DNA of 32,000 nucleotides from Candidatus Altimarinota bacterium (GCA_041659405.1 JBAZYK010000001.1:30001-62000), one strand, 5' to 3'. Shown: positions 23,108-31,991, numbered from the stretch's first letter. Program-made: numbers and translations. Notes: generated by a model from the sequence alone, not told the origin.

Positions 23108-24802
23108 CTATTTTGACAGATCCCAGGTTGCCGCATCCACTTCACCGTCTTGCGCCTGGACAACGAGTGCGTCGATTTGGTCGTTTGCACTTGGTTTAGA
23201 AGCATTTGGCGCTAAACCGGCCTTGGATTCGCTTACATTGGCCTTAGATTCGCCTGTGCCAGTGGCAACTGCGCCAGCTGCTGCCCCGACTTCGTCCCCT
23301 TCCGGAATCTGGTAAACCTCCCCAATAGTATTTACGGTAACATTTGCATGGCCGCTTTCACGTAAAATAGTGGCTAAAGTTTCACTTTGACTTTCTTCAC
23401 CGTGGACCAGGAAAATCTTTTTTAATCCTTCGACCTTGCTGACGTAATCAAGCAAATCACTGCGGTCGGCGTGTCCGGAAAAAGCATCCATGGAAACCAC
23501 GTCCGCCCTTAAATGATACGGGTCTCCGTAAATGTTTACAATCGGCTGTTTTTCCTGAATTTTGCGGCCAAGTGTACCTATGGCTGTGTATCCCACCAAC
23601 ATAATAGTGTTGCGCGGATCCTCGATATTATTTTTTAAGTGATGCAGAATGCGGCCGTTTTCACACATTCCCGAAGCGGAAATGATAATAGCCGGCACCT
23701 GAATACTGTTAAGAGCCTTGGATTCGTCTACAGAATGCGTATATTGAAGCTTTCCAAAACCAAAAGGATTCTTACGGTTGTTGATAAATTCATTGCGAAT
23801 AGCCTCGTCGAAACATTCAGGATGAGCGGCGAAAACTTCCGTTACATTGGCGGAAAGCGGGCTATCAATATAAATAGGCAAATCAGGGATGGCTTTCTTC
23901 TGCCATAAAAGGTTTAAGTGGTAAACGACTTCCTGAGTTCTTTCAACAGAAAAGGCCGGAATAATTATTTTCCCGCCGCGTTTGGCTGTGGCATTAATGA
24001 CTTCCGCTAAACGTTTTCCGGCATCCAGAATTGATTCATGAAAACGGTTACCATAAGTACTTTCCATCATTAAATAATCGGTAGGAGGAAGAACCTGTGG
24101 ATCACGCAAAATTGGCAGACTTTTTCGGCCTAAATCGCCGGTAAAAGCAAAAGTAAAACGCTTGCCGGTTTCTTTTTCATGAATAACCAGATGAACCAGA
24201 GCAGACCCCAAAATGTGTCCGGCATCATAAAAAGAGCAGATCACGCCATCGGTTACTTTAAAGGCGCGCTCATAACCAACACCATAAAATTGTTTTAAAG
24301 TTTTTTCGGCGTCCTCAACTGAATATAAAGGCTCTAAAGGTGTCTTTTCTTGGCTGTTTAGGTCGTCGCCGTTTCCGTTATTACTGTTGCTATTATGGAT
24401 TTTGGAAGCCCCTTTTGCATGAGCGTTTCCATTACTGTTTTTATGATTTTTTTTCTTATTTATTTTTTCGTTCATGTACTGCGCATCTTTTTCCTGAATA
24501 TAAGCACTGTCCAAAAGCATGTAATTGCAAAGATCGCGAGTGGCAAAAGTAGAATAAATTGGCCCTTTGTAGCCACTTTTTACCAAAAAAGGAAGTCCGC
24601 CGCTGTGATCAATGTGGGCATGGGAAAGAATTACCGCATCAATCTTACCGGCATCAAATGGCAAGATCCGATTTTTTTTATCTGATTCTTTACGATGTCC
24701 CTGGAACATTCCAAAATCAAGAAGAATACGTTTGCCGTTTACTTCCAGAAGATGGCGAGAACCGGTGACTTCACGCGCTGCGCCGAAAGATTGAAGTTTC
24801 AT
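23108..24802 (-). CDS. MBL-fold beta-CASP ribonuclease (TTHA0252/CPSF73-like)
   Basis: The N-terminus MKLQSFGAAREVTGSRHLLEVNGKRILLDFGMFQG and the motif SHAHIDHSGGLP are present, with beta-CASP and RMMBL-type C-terminal blocks (SGHAD, LVHGE). It has an Asn/Lys-rich insert and an Ala/Gly/acidic C-terminal tail. Confidence 0.85.
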   Translation of the reverse strand: MKLQSFGAAREVTGSRHLLEVNGKRILLDFGMFQGHRKESDKKNRILPFDAGKIDAVILSHAHIDHSGGLPFLVKSGYKGPIYSTFATRDLCNYMLLDSAYIQEKDAQYMNEKINKKKNHKNSNGNAHAKGASKIHNSNSNNGNGDDLNSQEKTPLEPLYSVEDAEKTLKQFYGVGYERAFKVTDGVICSFYDAGHILGSALVHLVIHEKETGKRFTFAFTGDLGRKSLPILRDPQVLPPTDYLMMESTYGNRFHESILDAGKRLAEVINATAKRGGKIIIPAFSVERTQEVVYHLNLLWQKKAIPDLPIYIDSPLSANVTEVFAAHPECFDEAIRNEFINNRKNPFGFGKLQYTHSVDESKALNSIQVPAIIISASGMCENGRILHHLKNNIEDPRNTIMLVGYTAIGTLGRKIQEKQPIVNIYGDPYHLRADVVSMDAFSGHADRSDLLDYVSKVEGLKKIFLVHGEESQSETLATILRESGHANVTVNTIGEVYQIPEGDEVGAAAGAVATGTGESKANVSESKAGLAPNASKPSANDQIDALVVQAQDGEVDAATWDLSK

Positions 24803-24858
24803 GTGTGGATTGGTAAATTGTGTTTTTATTTGTTGTTCTTCTCATTTTAGCAAACTTT

Positions 24859-24867
24859 TGGTATAAT
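24859..24867 (+). promoter_or_regulatory. Extended -10 element upstream of the membrane/HEAT gene
   Basis: TGgTATAAT lies 29 nt upstream of the GTG at 24896. I found no clear -35 box. Confidence 0.4.
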
Positions 24868-24895
24868 ATAAAGAAAAAAATAAAACAAAATTGCT

Positions 24896-27136
24896 GTGAT
24901 CACCAAACAACGCCTTCAGGAAATTTACCTTTTTGCCTTTGCCGCGCTCAGTTATTTCTTGGCAATGAGCCTTTATGTGGACACGCTTAGCGCTTTTTTG
25001 AATGAATTTGGAGCAAGATTTTTGCCCTTTATTCTTATCAGCAGGGCTGTTTTCGTTACGTTCTATTCACTTTTCAGCACGGCATTTTCGGCCAGATTCT
25101 CGTTCAGGAAGTGCTTTTTGGGACTTTTATTGTTATTTGCTTTAATTCTGGGCTTTTTACCGTTTTCCGGGTTCCTGGGTTCTTATCAAATTATTCTGTT
25201 TTTCTTTAGTGCGAATGCGCTTTTTTTGGCTTTGGATGTAAGTTTACTGGGGATCGTCAATACTTTCATGAATCCGGTCCAGGCCAAAAATTTTATCCCC
25301 AAAATTTATGCTGTTTCCGATTTGGCACTTATATTGGGCTCATTTTCAGGGGTTTACCTTAAATATCTTGATGGTGATTTTGGGCAAAGTGTAGTTCCAT
25401 TCGTGCTAATTTGCTGTTCGATTTTTCTTTTGCTACAGGCACACAGGTCTCAAACCAAAACAAACGGGGCGACAGCACCAAAGCCATTATTGGAAAAAAA
25501 GCCAAACGTTCATCCTCTTCAAGAATGCGTTAAGGCTTTTCATTACGTTATTTTTGAATCGAGACTGTTTAGGACCATTATGCTTTGCATCTTTCTGATG
25601 GTGGGATTGCAGCTTTTTATTGAGTATAAACTGGATTTTACTTTGAGTGAAGACTTTCTGGAAAACGATTTGAGTTTTCTGCTCGGAACAATTTTCTTTT
25701 TGGAAAATTCTTTAAGATTCATTTGGAATTTATTTTTCTCGAAAAGGATTTTGTTTGGTGCGGGAGCGATTAATGCCATCATGCTTTATCCGGCTATTTT
25801 GCTGGTTATTTTAATGGTTGGATTTGTATTTAATTTTAATTATGTATTTGCGATTCTGATTTATTTAAGTTCCAGTATCTATTATTTTTCAACGGTTCAG
25901 GCGGCTAATTCTCAAATTATTTCCGCAACACCAAAGAAAAAAGCCGAGGCAACATATTACGTTCTGGCAGAATGGACGGTCGGCTTATCTGCCATGTTTT
26001 TTGCGAGTTTTCTGTTGATATATTTATGGTTCCCCCAGCTTGAAAAGTCTCTGAATACTTTTTTAATCGGGCTCTTGGCTTTGTTGTTGATTTGGAAGAT
26101 GTTAAAGTTAAAAAAATATTATCTTGAAGATCTAAAAAGCCATTTGAATGATGGTGGTCCCGAGGACAAACTGAATGCGATTGATCTTCTGACTGAAAGA
26201 ATCCAAAAAAACAAAGGAGAATTCCTGCTTTTAAAATTGTTGGAAACAGAAAAAGATAATGACACCCGAAAAAAAATAATTCATAATTTAGCGCTTATTG
26301 GTAACCCTGAATCCGTTTTTCACCTTATTAACGTGATTGAAAAAGATATTGTCAAAAACAAATTTGCGGCCGTCCAGGCAATCGAAATTATTTTAAAGAA
26401 AAACAATTCAATTCGTTCTTTCCCACTTACTAAACATTTGATTCTTGAAAGTTATGAAAAAATGTTTATTGCAGATGTTCCACTTTTTTTGAAAATTGAA
26501 ATTCTGCATTCACTTCAACATTTTAATATTGATGAAGTTATTGGCTTTTTGCAAAGGAATTTAATGGAAAAAGATCCACAGATTGTAGCCAATACCATTG
26601 AAATTTTTTCCAAATTTGACGATCGCAGCATCATTTATTATTTAAAACCTTTTCTGAGAAATTCCGATTACCACATCTATTGCGCTGCGCTTGTAGCCTT
26701 ATGGAAATACCAGGAAGTCAGAATCGATCTTTTGGATATTTTGGTAAAAATATTGAAATCCGATGATAAAGAAATGATCGAGGCCGGCTTATTTATAATT
26801 AATGCAGCGAATATTTATTGGGAAAAAGGTTATGTCCTTGAAAAATTGAAGCACCCCGATGAAAAAATCAGGATTTATGCCTTAACTACCATGATCAATT
26901 TGGGTAACCTGCAATATGTTGATCAGTTACTTGAAAACATGCTGGATTTTTATTTACATTCATCAGCTTCAAGTATGGAGTTTGTGCTTTCACGTTTCCG
27001 CAGATTCACTCCTAAAACAAAAAAGTTTATTATCTTTAAAATACTACGGCTTAGTTTTGATAAAGCCAATATTTTCCTGGAAATATTCAAGAATTCACAA
27101 TATATTTTTGATACGGAACTGGAAGCGTTTAAGTAA
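24896..27136 (+). CDS. Polytopic membrane protein (MFS/NTT-like, about 11-12 TM) fused to C-terminal HEAT-like repeats
   Basis: The first ~410 aa are almost entirely hydrophobic helices. The C-terminal ~330 aa contain repeated D/N-x-x-x-R/K...A...L..IG motifs (DTRKKIIHNLALIGNPES; DPQIVANTIEIFSKF; DEKIRIYALTTMINLGN) typical of PBS-lyase HEAT-like repeats. The GTG start is uncertain. Confidence 0.6.
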   Translation: MITKQRLQEIYLFAFAALSYFLAMSLYVDTLSAFLNEFGARFLPFILISRAVFVTFYSLFSTAFSARFSFRKCFLGLLLLFALILGFLPFSGFLGSYQIILFFFSANALFLALDVSLLGIVNTFMNPVQAKNFIPKIYAVSDLALILGSFSGVYLKYLDGDFGQSVVPFVLICCSIFLLLQAHRSQTKTNGATAPKPLLEKKPNVHPLQECVKAFHYVIFESRLFRTIMLCIFLMVGLQLFIEYKLDFTLSEDFLENDLSFLLGTIFFLENSLRFIWNLFFSKRILFGAGAINAIMLYPAILLVILMVGFVFNFNYVFAILIYLSSSIYYFSTVQAANSQIISATPKKKAEATYYVLAEWTVGLSAMFFASFLLIYLWFPQLEKSLNTFLIGLLALLLIWKMLKLKKYYLEDLKSHLNDGGPEDKLNAIDLLTERIQKNKGEFLLLKLLETEKDNDTRKKIIHNLALIGNPESVFHLINVIEKDIVKNKFAAVQAIEIILKKNNSIRSFPLTKHLILESYEKMFIADVPLFLKIEILHSLQHFNIDEVIGFLQRNLMEKDPQIVANTIEIFSKFDDRSIIYYLKPFLRNSDYHIYCAALVALWKYQEVRIDLLDILVKILKSDDKEMIEAGLFIINAANIYWEKGYVLEKLKHPDEKIRIYALTTMINLGNLQYVDQLLENMLDFYLHSSASSMEFVLSRFRRFTPKTKKFIIFKILRLSFDKANIFLEIFKNSQYIFDTELEAFK

Positions 27137-27137
27137 T

Positions 27138-28976
27138 TTATTTCAGGAGCAAACTTAACTTTCCTTCCAAAATCGCGGCCTTTTCTTCTCCGGAATAATC
27201 ACCATAAGTGGCAAAAGTTTCCAGGAATTTTTGACGTTCAGCGGGTGTCATTAAGCGCATTTGGCTGTGATCCAAACGAATAGGCACAAAATTTATCTGA
27301 ATCTGATCATTGGCAATAATCAGGGCAAGACTAAGACCCTCCTGTGTATCTTTAGAAAAATACTGATCAAAAATGGCGTTACCAAGTGAATAAAAAATCG
27401 GATGACCTTTATAGGTTTCATAAGCCTGAACAACATGAGAATGCATGCCAATAATTGCAATTGCCCCGGCATCAATCAGCTGATGAGCAAGTGTTTGCTG
27501 ACGGTCATTTGGCTTGTGCACGTATTCTATCCCCCAATGGATATATGGAATTACTTTATATCCCTGTGAAACTAAATCCTTCACTTTGTTGAGCGCGGCG
27601 GCATCATTTATTTTAAAATCCACGTCATCCAAACCCAAAAACGCAATTTTCTGATCCTGAATTTGCATGGTTGTAAAACTTTGATCGTTGACCTCTTTTG
27701 GATTACCAAAAATTTTAATCCCCTGGGCCTGAATGAGTTCGCGGGTGTCATTGTAGCCATTTATCCCCATATCAAAACTGTGATTATTCGCCCCACTCAA
27801 CACATCAAAGGAATATTTTTTAAGCAACGGAGCAATATCCGGCAAAAATCGAAAAGCGATTGTTTTACTGGTTTGGATAGACTTTTTGGCAATTGGACCT
27901 TCCAAATTGGCCAGCAAAATATCGTTAGTTTGCAAATAAGACTGGTTCATCTTTTGAAAAGGATAATCAAGCCCATTACGATCCATTAGCGTGCGCACAA
28001 AGCGTCCGAACATCATATCGCCAAAACTAACCAGGTAAATATTGCGGCTGGAAGTTAATGGTCCTTCCATGAAATATTCAATCAGCGCAGAAGGCGCACT
28101 CAATCCGGAATCCGAATTATTATTTATCAAATCAGCTTTAAAAGCACTGGCTTTTTGAGCTTTGACTGCAGCCGCATAGTCCAAAAAAGCACGTACTGCT
28201 GCGGTTTGATTAAGGTTAATCTTTTCAAGATTTTCAAGGTCGAAATTCTCCAAAATATTTCTAAAATATTGGGACTGAAAATCCTGAAGATTTGAATCGA
28301 CTGATGAATTCATAAAGGCGTGCGCGATCACAAAAGTTTGTGGTGGCAGATTTTGATGCAGAAAATCGGTGAAATTTTTAAGAGAATCCGTCTGAATATT
28401 TTCCGGAATTAAAAATACGCTATAAGTGGCTTTAGGAAAGCTTTTTTCAATAAATGGCGCGAAGGTGTTGATAGTATTATTTTCCTTGATAAAATCCTGA
28501 ATTTGAAAAAGATCCGGACGCGCGGCAATCAGTTCATCAAAATTGAAAGGTGCCTCCAAAAGACCTGCAGGCGTATTAAAATTCACATTCGGATGGAAAA
28601 TTTTTGCGATATTTTGATCTTTACCGACCGGCAATGGCTCAAGCACAACAAAATGTTGATATTGCTGTTTTTTGGAGAGACTTTTAAAAAATCCGGCCAA
28701 ATAATTATTGGGTATGGATCCTCCGGCAATAATGGCTCCACTTAGGCTTTGATCAGGCAGAAAAGAAACATTCGCAGAATTGTAAGCCTCTTCGTATTTA
28801 GGCCCCTGATTCATAAAAATATCTTCAGTTTTTAGTAAACTGCCGCTGCTTAATAGATTTTGACTTAAAAGATTGGCCTGAGAAGCATCACTGCAGCCTG
28901 ACAGAAAAATCGCTGCAACAAGCAATAAAGCGCCAATCCTACGATGTTTGATTTTTATTTTATTCATGGCTTTCAT
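27138..28976 (-). CDS. Lipoprotein with a C-terminal CapA/PGA_cap metallophosphatase-like domain
   Basis: The signal plus lipobox is LLLVAAIFLSGC. The C-terminal half carries YLVSFGDMMFGR, ANLEGPI, GANNHSFDMG, HWGIEY and GMHSHV, which are typical of the CapA family. The N-terminal ~300 aa are unassigned. Confidence 0.7.
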   Translation of the reverse strand: MKAMNKIKIKHRRIGALLLVAAIFLSGCSDASQANLLSQNLLSSGSLLKTEDIFMNQGPKYEEAYNSANVSFLPDQSLSGAIIAGGSIPNNYLAGFFKSLSKKQQYQHFVVLEPLPVGKDQNIAKIFHPNVNFNTPAGLLEAPFNFDELIAARPDLFQIQDFIKENNTINTFAPFIEKSFPKATYSVFLIPENIQTDSLKNFTDFLHQNLPPQTFVIAHAFMNSSVDSNLQDFQSQYFRNILENFDLENLEKINLNQTAAVRAFLDYAAAVKAQKASAFKADLINNNSDSGLSAPSALIEYFMEGPLTSSRNIYLVSFGDMMFGRFVRTLMDRNGLDYPFQKMNQSYLQTNDILLANLEGPIAKKSIQTSKTIAFRFLPDIAPLLKKYSFDVLSGANNHSFDMGINGYNDTRELIQAQGIKIFGNPKEVNDQSFTTMQIQDQKIAFLGLDDVDFKINDAAALNKVKDLVSQGYKVIPYIHWGIEYVHKPNDRQQTLAHQLIDAGAIAIIGMHSHVVQAYETYKGHPIFYSLGNAIFDQYFSKDTQEGLSLALIIANDQIQINFVPIRLDHSQMRLMTPAERQKFLETFATYGDYSGEEKAAILEGKLSLLLK

Positions 28977-29005
28977 TCTAGCATTGCACGGGCCATGAAT
29001 AAATA

Positions 29006-30310
29006 CTAATTCTGGTAGGCAAAGTATTCCAAAGTTTTTGCGATTACCTTAGCGGCTTCAGCACGGGTGATTGAACGATCCGGATCAAAATTACCATTAC
29101 CAATTCCTTGAATGAATCCTAAAAGATGAGCTTTTTCAATCCAACCAACTGCCCAACCCTGAACATCATTAAAGAATGAATGATCAGTATAAATAGGCTG
29201 TAAATGGAAAGTGGCTAAAATAATTTTTACAGATTCTGCACGGGTAATATTTTGATTTGGTGCAAAATTGTTATTTGAATATCCCTGAATAATGCCTAAA
29301 TCCCAGGCTGAACGGACCCATGGACCTTGCCAACCTTGAAGATCGGTAAAAGGTGTTCCGCAAGAATTTGTGGCACAGTTTAAGTTCTGGCCGATTCTGG
29401 CAGCAGCTAAAGCCATTTTGGTTAATTCCGCGCGGGAAATATATTGATTTGGACGGAAAGTTTGGTCCACGTAACCTTGCAAAACACACAATTGATACAA
29501 ACGGCGAACATAAATTTCCGACCAATGGCCATCAATATCTCTTGGATAAATTGGGGAACAAATTGGAGCTGGTTTTGGGGTCGGAGTTGTAGTTACTACC
29601 GTAGTTGGACGAGAACCGGGGACTGTATAACTAGGGGTTGAAGATGGACGAGAACCGGAAACTGTATAGCTCGGCGTTGAAGTTGCTACTGTACTTGGGC
29701 GAGAGCCACTTACTGTATATGAAGGAGTCGAACTTGGTCTTGAACCTGTTGTTCCTGTTGTTCCAGGGCGAGAACCGCTCACCGTGTAGCTTGGCGTTGA
29801 AGTTGCTACTGTAGTTGGACGAGAACCACTTACTGTATATGAAGGGGTTGAGCTTGGTCTTGAACCGGTTGTTGTTCCCGTGCTTGGACGGGAGCCACTT
29901 ACTGTAGAGCCTGGTGTTGTAGTTGCTACTACACCTGGACGTGATCCGCTTACAACGTATGTAGGACTAGAATTTGGTCTTGAACCATAAAAAGATGTCG
30001 GATCTGTTGGGTCAACTGCTTCCGGGCGGGATCCACTTGCTACATAACTTGGAGTTGAGCCTGGTCTTGAACCGCTTGTTGATGTTGTTGTTGGTCGAGA
30101 TCCGGCTACTGTGTATGTTGGACTGGAACCTGGTCTTGCGCCCGTTACTGCGCTGTATGGAACCATTTGAACGTTGGATTTCACCCATGAACTTTGAACT
30201 GGAATATAAGCAATTGGCTGTGCCGGCTTCAAGTTGTATACGGCATTTACGTCTAGTGGAAGCGTACAAATCGCCGCAATAATGATGATTTTTTTAGTAA
30301 TATTCAGCAT
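29006..30310 (-). CDS. Cell-surface protein: signal peptide, 14 G[SA]RP-containing Ser/Thr/Pro repeats and three C-terminal SLH domains
   Basis: The signal peptide is MLNITKKIIIIAAICTLPLDVNA. The three SLH repeats are WSEIYVRRLYQLCVLQGYVDQTFRPNQYISRAELTKM, WVRSAWDLGIIQGYSNNNFAPNQNITRAESVKII and WIEKAHLLGFIQGIGNGNFDPDRSITRAEAAKVI. Confidence 0.85.
   Translation of the reverse strand: MLNITKKIIIIAAICTLPLDVNAVYNLKPAQPIAYIPVQSSWVKSNVQMVPYSAVTGARPGSSPTYTVAGSRPTTTSTSGSRPGSTPSYVASGSRPEAVDPTDPTSFYGSRPNSSPTYVVSGSRPGVVATTTPGSTVSGSRPSTGTTTGSRPSSTPSYTVSGSRPTTVATSTPSYTVSGSRPGTTGTTGSRPSSTPSYTVSGSRPSTVATSTPSYTVSGSRPSSTPSYTVPGSRPTTVVTTTPTPKPAPICSPIYPRDIDGHWSEIYVRRLYQLCVLQGYVDQTFRPNQYISRAELTKMALAAARIGQNLNCATNSCGTPFTDLQGWQGPWVRSAWDLGIIQGYSNNNFAPNQNITRAESVKIILATFHLQPIYTDHSFFNDVQGWAVGWIEKAHLLGFIQGIGNGNFDPDRSITRAEAAKVIAKTLEYFAYQN
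29573..30145 (-). repeat. In-frame degenerate tandem repeats encoding (S/T)xPSYTVSGSRP units
   Basis: There are fourteen G[SA]RP occurrences. A 40-aa (120-bp) unit, GSRPSSTPSYTVSGSRPxTVATSTPSYTVSGSRP, is duplicated almost exactly. Confidence 0.85.
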
Positions 30311-30349
30311 ACGATGGGGTTTATTGGAGAAATTGATTAAAAGGGTATC

Positions 30350-30379
30350 TTTTTACCATATTTTTTCAATCCTTGTCAA
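30350..30379 (-). promoter_or_regulatory. Strong sigma-70-type promoter of the GSRP/SLH surface protein gene
   Basis: On the minus strand: TTGACA (30379-30374), an 18-nt spacer ending in TGg, then TAAAAA (30355-30350), about 40 nt upstream of the ATG at 30310. Confidence 0.55.
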
Positions 30380-30395
30380 CACGCAAAATACCTTT

Positions 30396-30893
30396 TTAAT
30401 AATGGTACGTCTTCCCTTTCATTATTGTACAAGCGCGATAAAGCTGTTCCATTAACAAAACTCGAATCATTTCGTGCGTAAAAGTAAAAGCCGAAAATGA
30501 AAGTTGATAATGCGCTGCCTTTAAAACCTCATCAGAAAGGCCAAAAGGTCCTCCAATAATAAAAGTAATATGACCCGGACCAAAATCGATTTTTTGCTTC
30601 AAAAATTCGGCAAATTTTACAGAATTCAGGGATTGTCCTTTTTCGGTAAGGGCAATTATGAAGCTATTTTCCGGCAAACGTTTGGTCTGAATTTGTTTAA
30701 GGATTTCCTGGCCCTCTTTGTTTTTGGCAGATAACCGGCCACTTTCGCTTGCTGACCCCTGTGGCGCCACGGATTCTTTGATGGTAATAACCTCAATTTT
30801 GGCAAAAGCCTGAAGTCTTTTTAAATATTCCTGCTCGGCCTCCTGAAAAAACCGATGTTTGGTTTTGCTGATTTGAATAATGGTGATCTTCAT
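30396..30893 (-). CDS. rlmH: 23S rRNA (pseudouridine1915-N3)-methyltransferase RlmH
   Basis: MKITIIQISKTK...YLKRL...ITFIIGGPFGLSDEV...LSFSAFTFTHEMIRVLLMEQLYRA is the RlmH/SPOUT signature. The ATG at 30893 gives the family-typical ~165 aa, so the 45-codon upstream extension of the ORF is rejected. Confidence 0.9.
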   Translation of the reverse strand: MKITIIQISKTKHRFFQEAEQEYLKRLQAFAKIEVITIKESVAPQGSASESGRLSAKNKEGQEILKQIQTKRLPENSFIIALTEKGQSLNSVKFAEFLKQKIDFGPGHITFIIGGPFGLSDEVLKAAHYQLSFSAFTFTHEMIRVLLMEQLYRACTIMKGKTYHY

Positions 30894-31070
30894 GGTTTGA
30901 TCTTCAGCCTGCAGCTTAAAATTGTCAAATTGCCAGGTTGATGCAGTTATGGTCACCGTTGCGAACCGCCGACCTTTTATCCTGCAAGCGCTGCCGTTAC
31001 TGCACGTTCCGCATTGCCCCGCAGCCATTTAAAATTTCGCAGATGCAATTCTTTTTGCTTGTCCGTACTT

Positions 31071-31991
31071 TTAGCCAGAATTGGCCATTCTCTTTGCGAT
31101 CACCATCTGATCAATTTTAAATTTTGGTGAAGATTTATCCGCTTCAAGTTGGATTTTCCAATTTTGCACGCCCGTTTGCGGATTTCGATCTTGATGGCCA
31201 GTTTGGTTGTTTATCGGTGAAAGTTCCTCGTTTTTTATAAGTCCATGATGCGCAAATTGATGATGAATTTTGCAAAGTGGAACGATGGAATTTGAATCGT
31301 GTAGCATTTCCAGTGAAAATCTTTTGGCGTGATGTTGATTGATTGCCGGATTTTTGCAGCCGGGATATCCGCACATCTCCCCATATTTTTCCTTCAGTTG
31401 ACGCTGAATTTCTGCCGGAATGTGCCGCGTGGGTTTTGCAGGTGAATGTTTTGATTTTTCCTTTTGTGTTGAGATATTTTTGGATTTTATTTCTGCGACA
31501 TGTTCAGCCCTAAAGCTCTTCTTTGCGCCTTTTGGTACGTCTTTTCCCGAAGTTTTTTGCTTTATTTCTGCTACTTTAACCGTCCCGGATTGTGAAGCTT
31601 CTCGTTCATCCAACAAATATTCCAAAACTTCATCCCAATTTAGTACTTTTTTCAATTGTTTTTCAAGTTTGTGTTTGTAGAGTCTGAACTTCATTTCCGT
31701 GGAAATTTTTATGTGAAAATTAAAACTTGTTTTTTGAAAATCTTCTGCTGGAATATCCTTTCCGGCAACGGAGGCCTCAAAAATGGCTTGCTGCTGCGGA
31801 GACGTTGACTCGTGTGTAAAAACATTCTCCTGTTTATCGTTTTCTGCGCTGTTGACTGCTGCACGATCATCGAAAAGATTTTTTTGCGCGCTAGTGCCTG
31901 ACGCACTTCCGTCAATTTGTGATTTCAAATTTTCCCGCATTTGCTGATCACGAATTTCTTTTGTGAAGGCTTGCAGAGTGGCGTAAGTCAT
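31071..31991 (-). CDS. HNH endonuclease domain protein (DUF222-like architecture)
   Basis: The C-terminus reads RHIPAEIQRQLKEKYGEMCGYPGCKNPAINQHHAKRF...IVPLCKIHHQFAHHG, an HNH core with Cys/His zinc ligands. The N-terminal ~200 aa are low-complexity and charged. Confidence 0.8.
   Translation of the reverse strand: MTYATLQAFTKEIRDQQMRENLKSQIDGSASGTSAQKNLFDDRAAVNSAENDKQENVFTHESTSPQQQAIFEASVAGKDIPAEDFQKTSFNFHIKISTEMKFRLYKHKLEKQLKKVLNWDEVLEYLLDEREASQSGTVKVAEIKQKTSGKDVPKGAKKSFRAEHVAEIKSKNISTQKEKSKHSPAKPTRHIPAEIQRQLKEKYGEMCGYPGCKNPAINQHHAKRFSLEMLHDSNSIVPLCKIHHQFAHHGLIKNEELSPINNQTGHQDRNPQTGVQNWKIQLEADKSSPKFKIDQMVIAKRMANSG

Noticed and set aside
23043-23315. 90-aa plus-strand ORF antisense to the 3' end of the beta-CASP gene
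   Set aside because: It is an artefact of the GC-rich Ala/Gly-coding tail on the opposite strand. It has a TTG start and no recognisable motif.
30894-31028. 45-codon N-terminal extension of the rlmH ORF, and similar upstream extensions of dedA (3421-3465), rlmA (11935-12045), Fic-1 (16870-16923) and the acyltransferase (4501-4545)
   Set aside because: The family-typical N-termini begin at the internal ATGs. Several extensions start at GTG or TTG, and in Fic-1 the extension coincides with the promoter -35 box.
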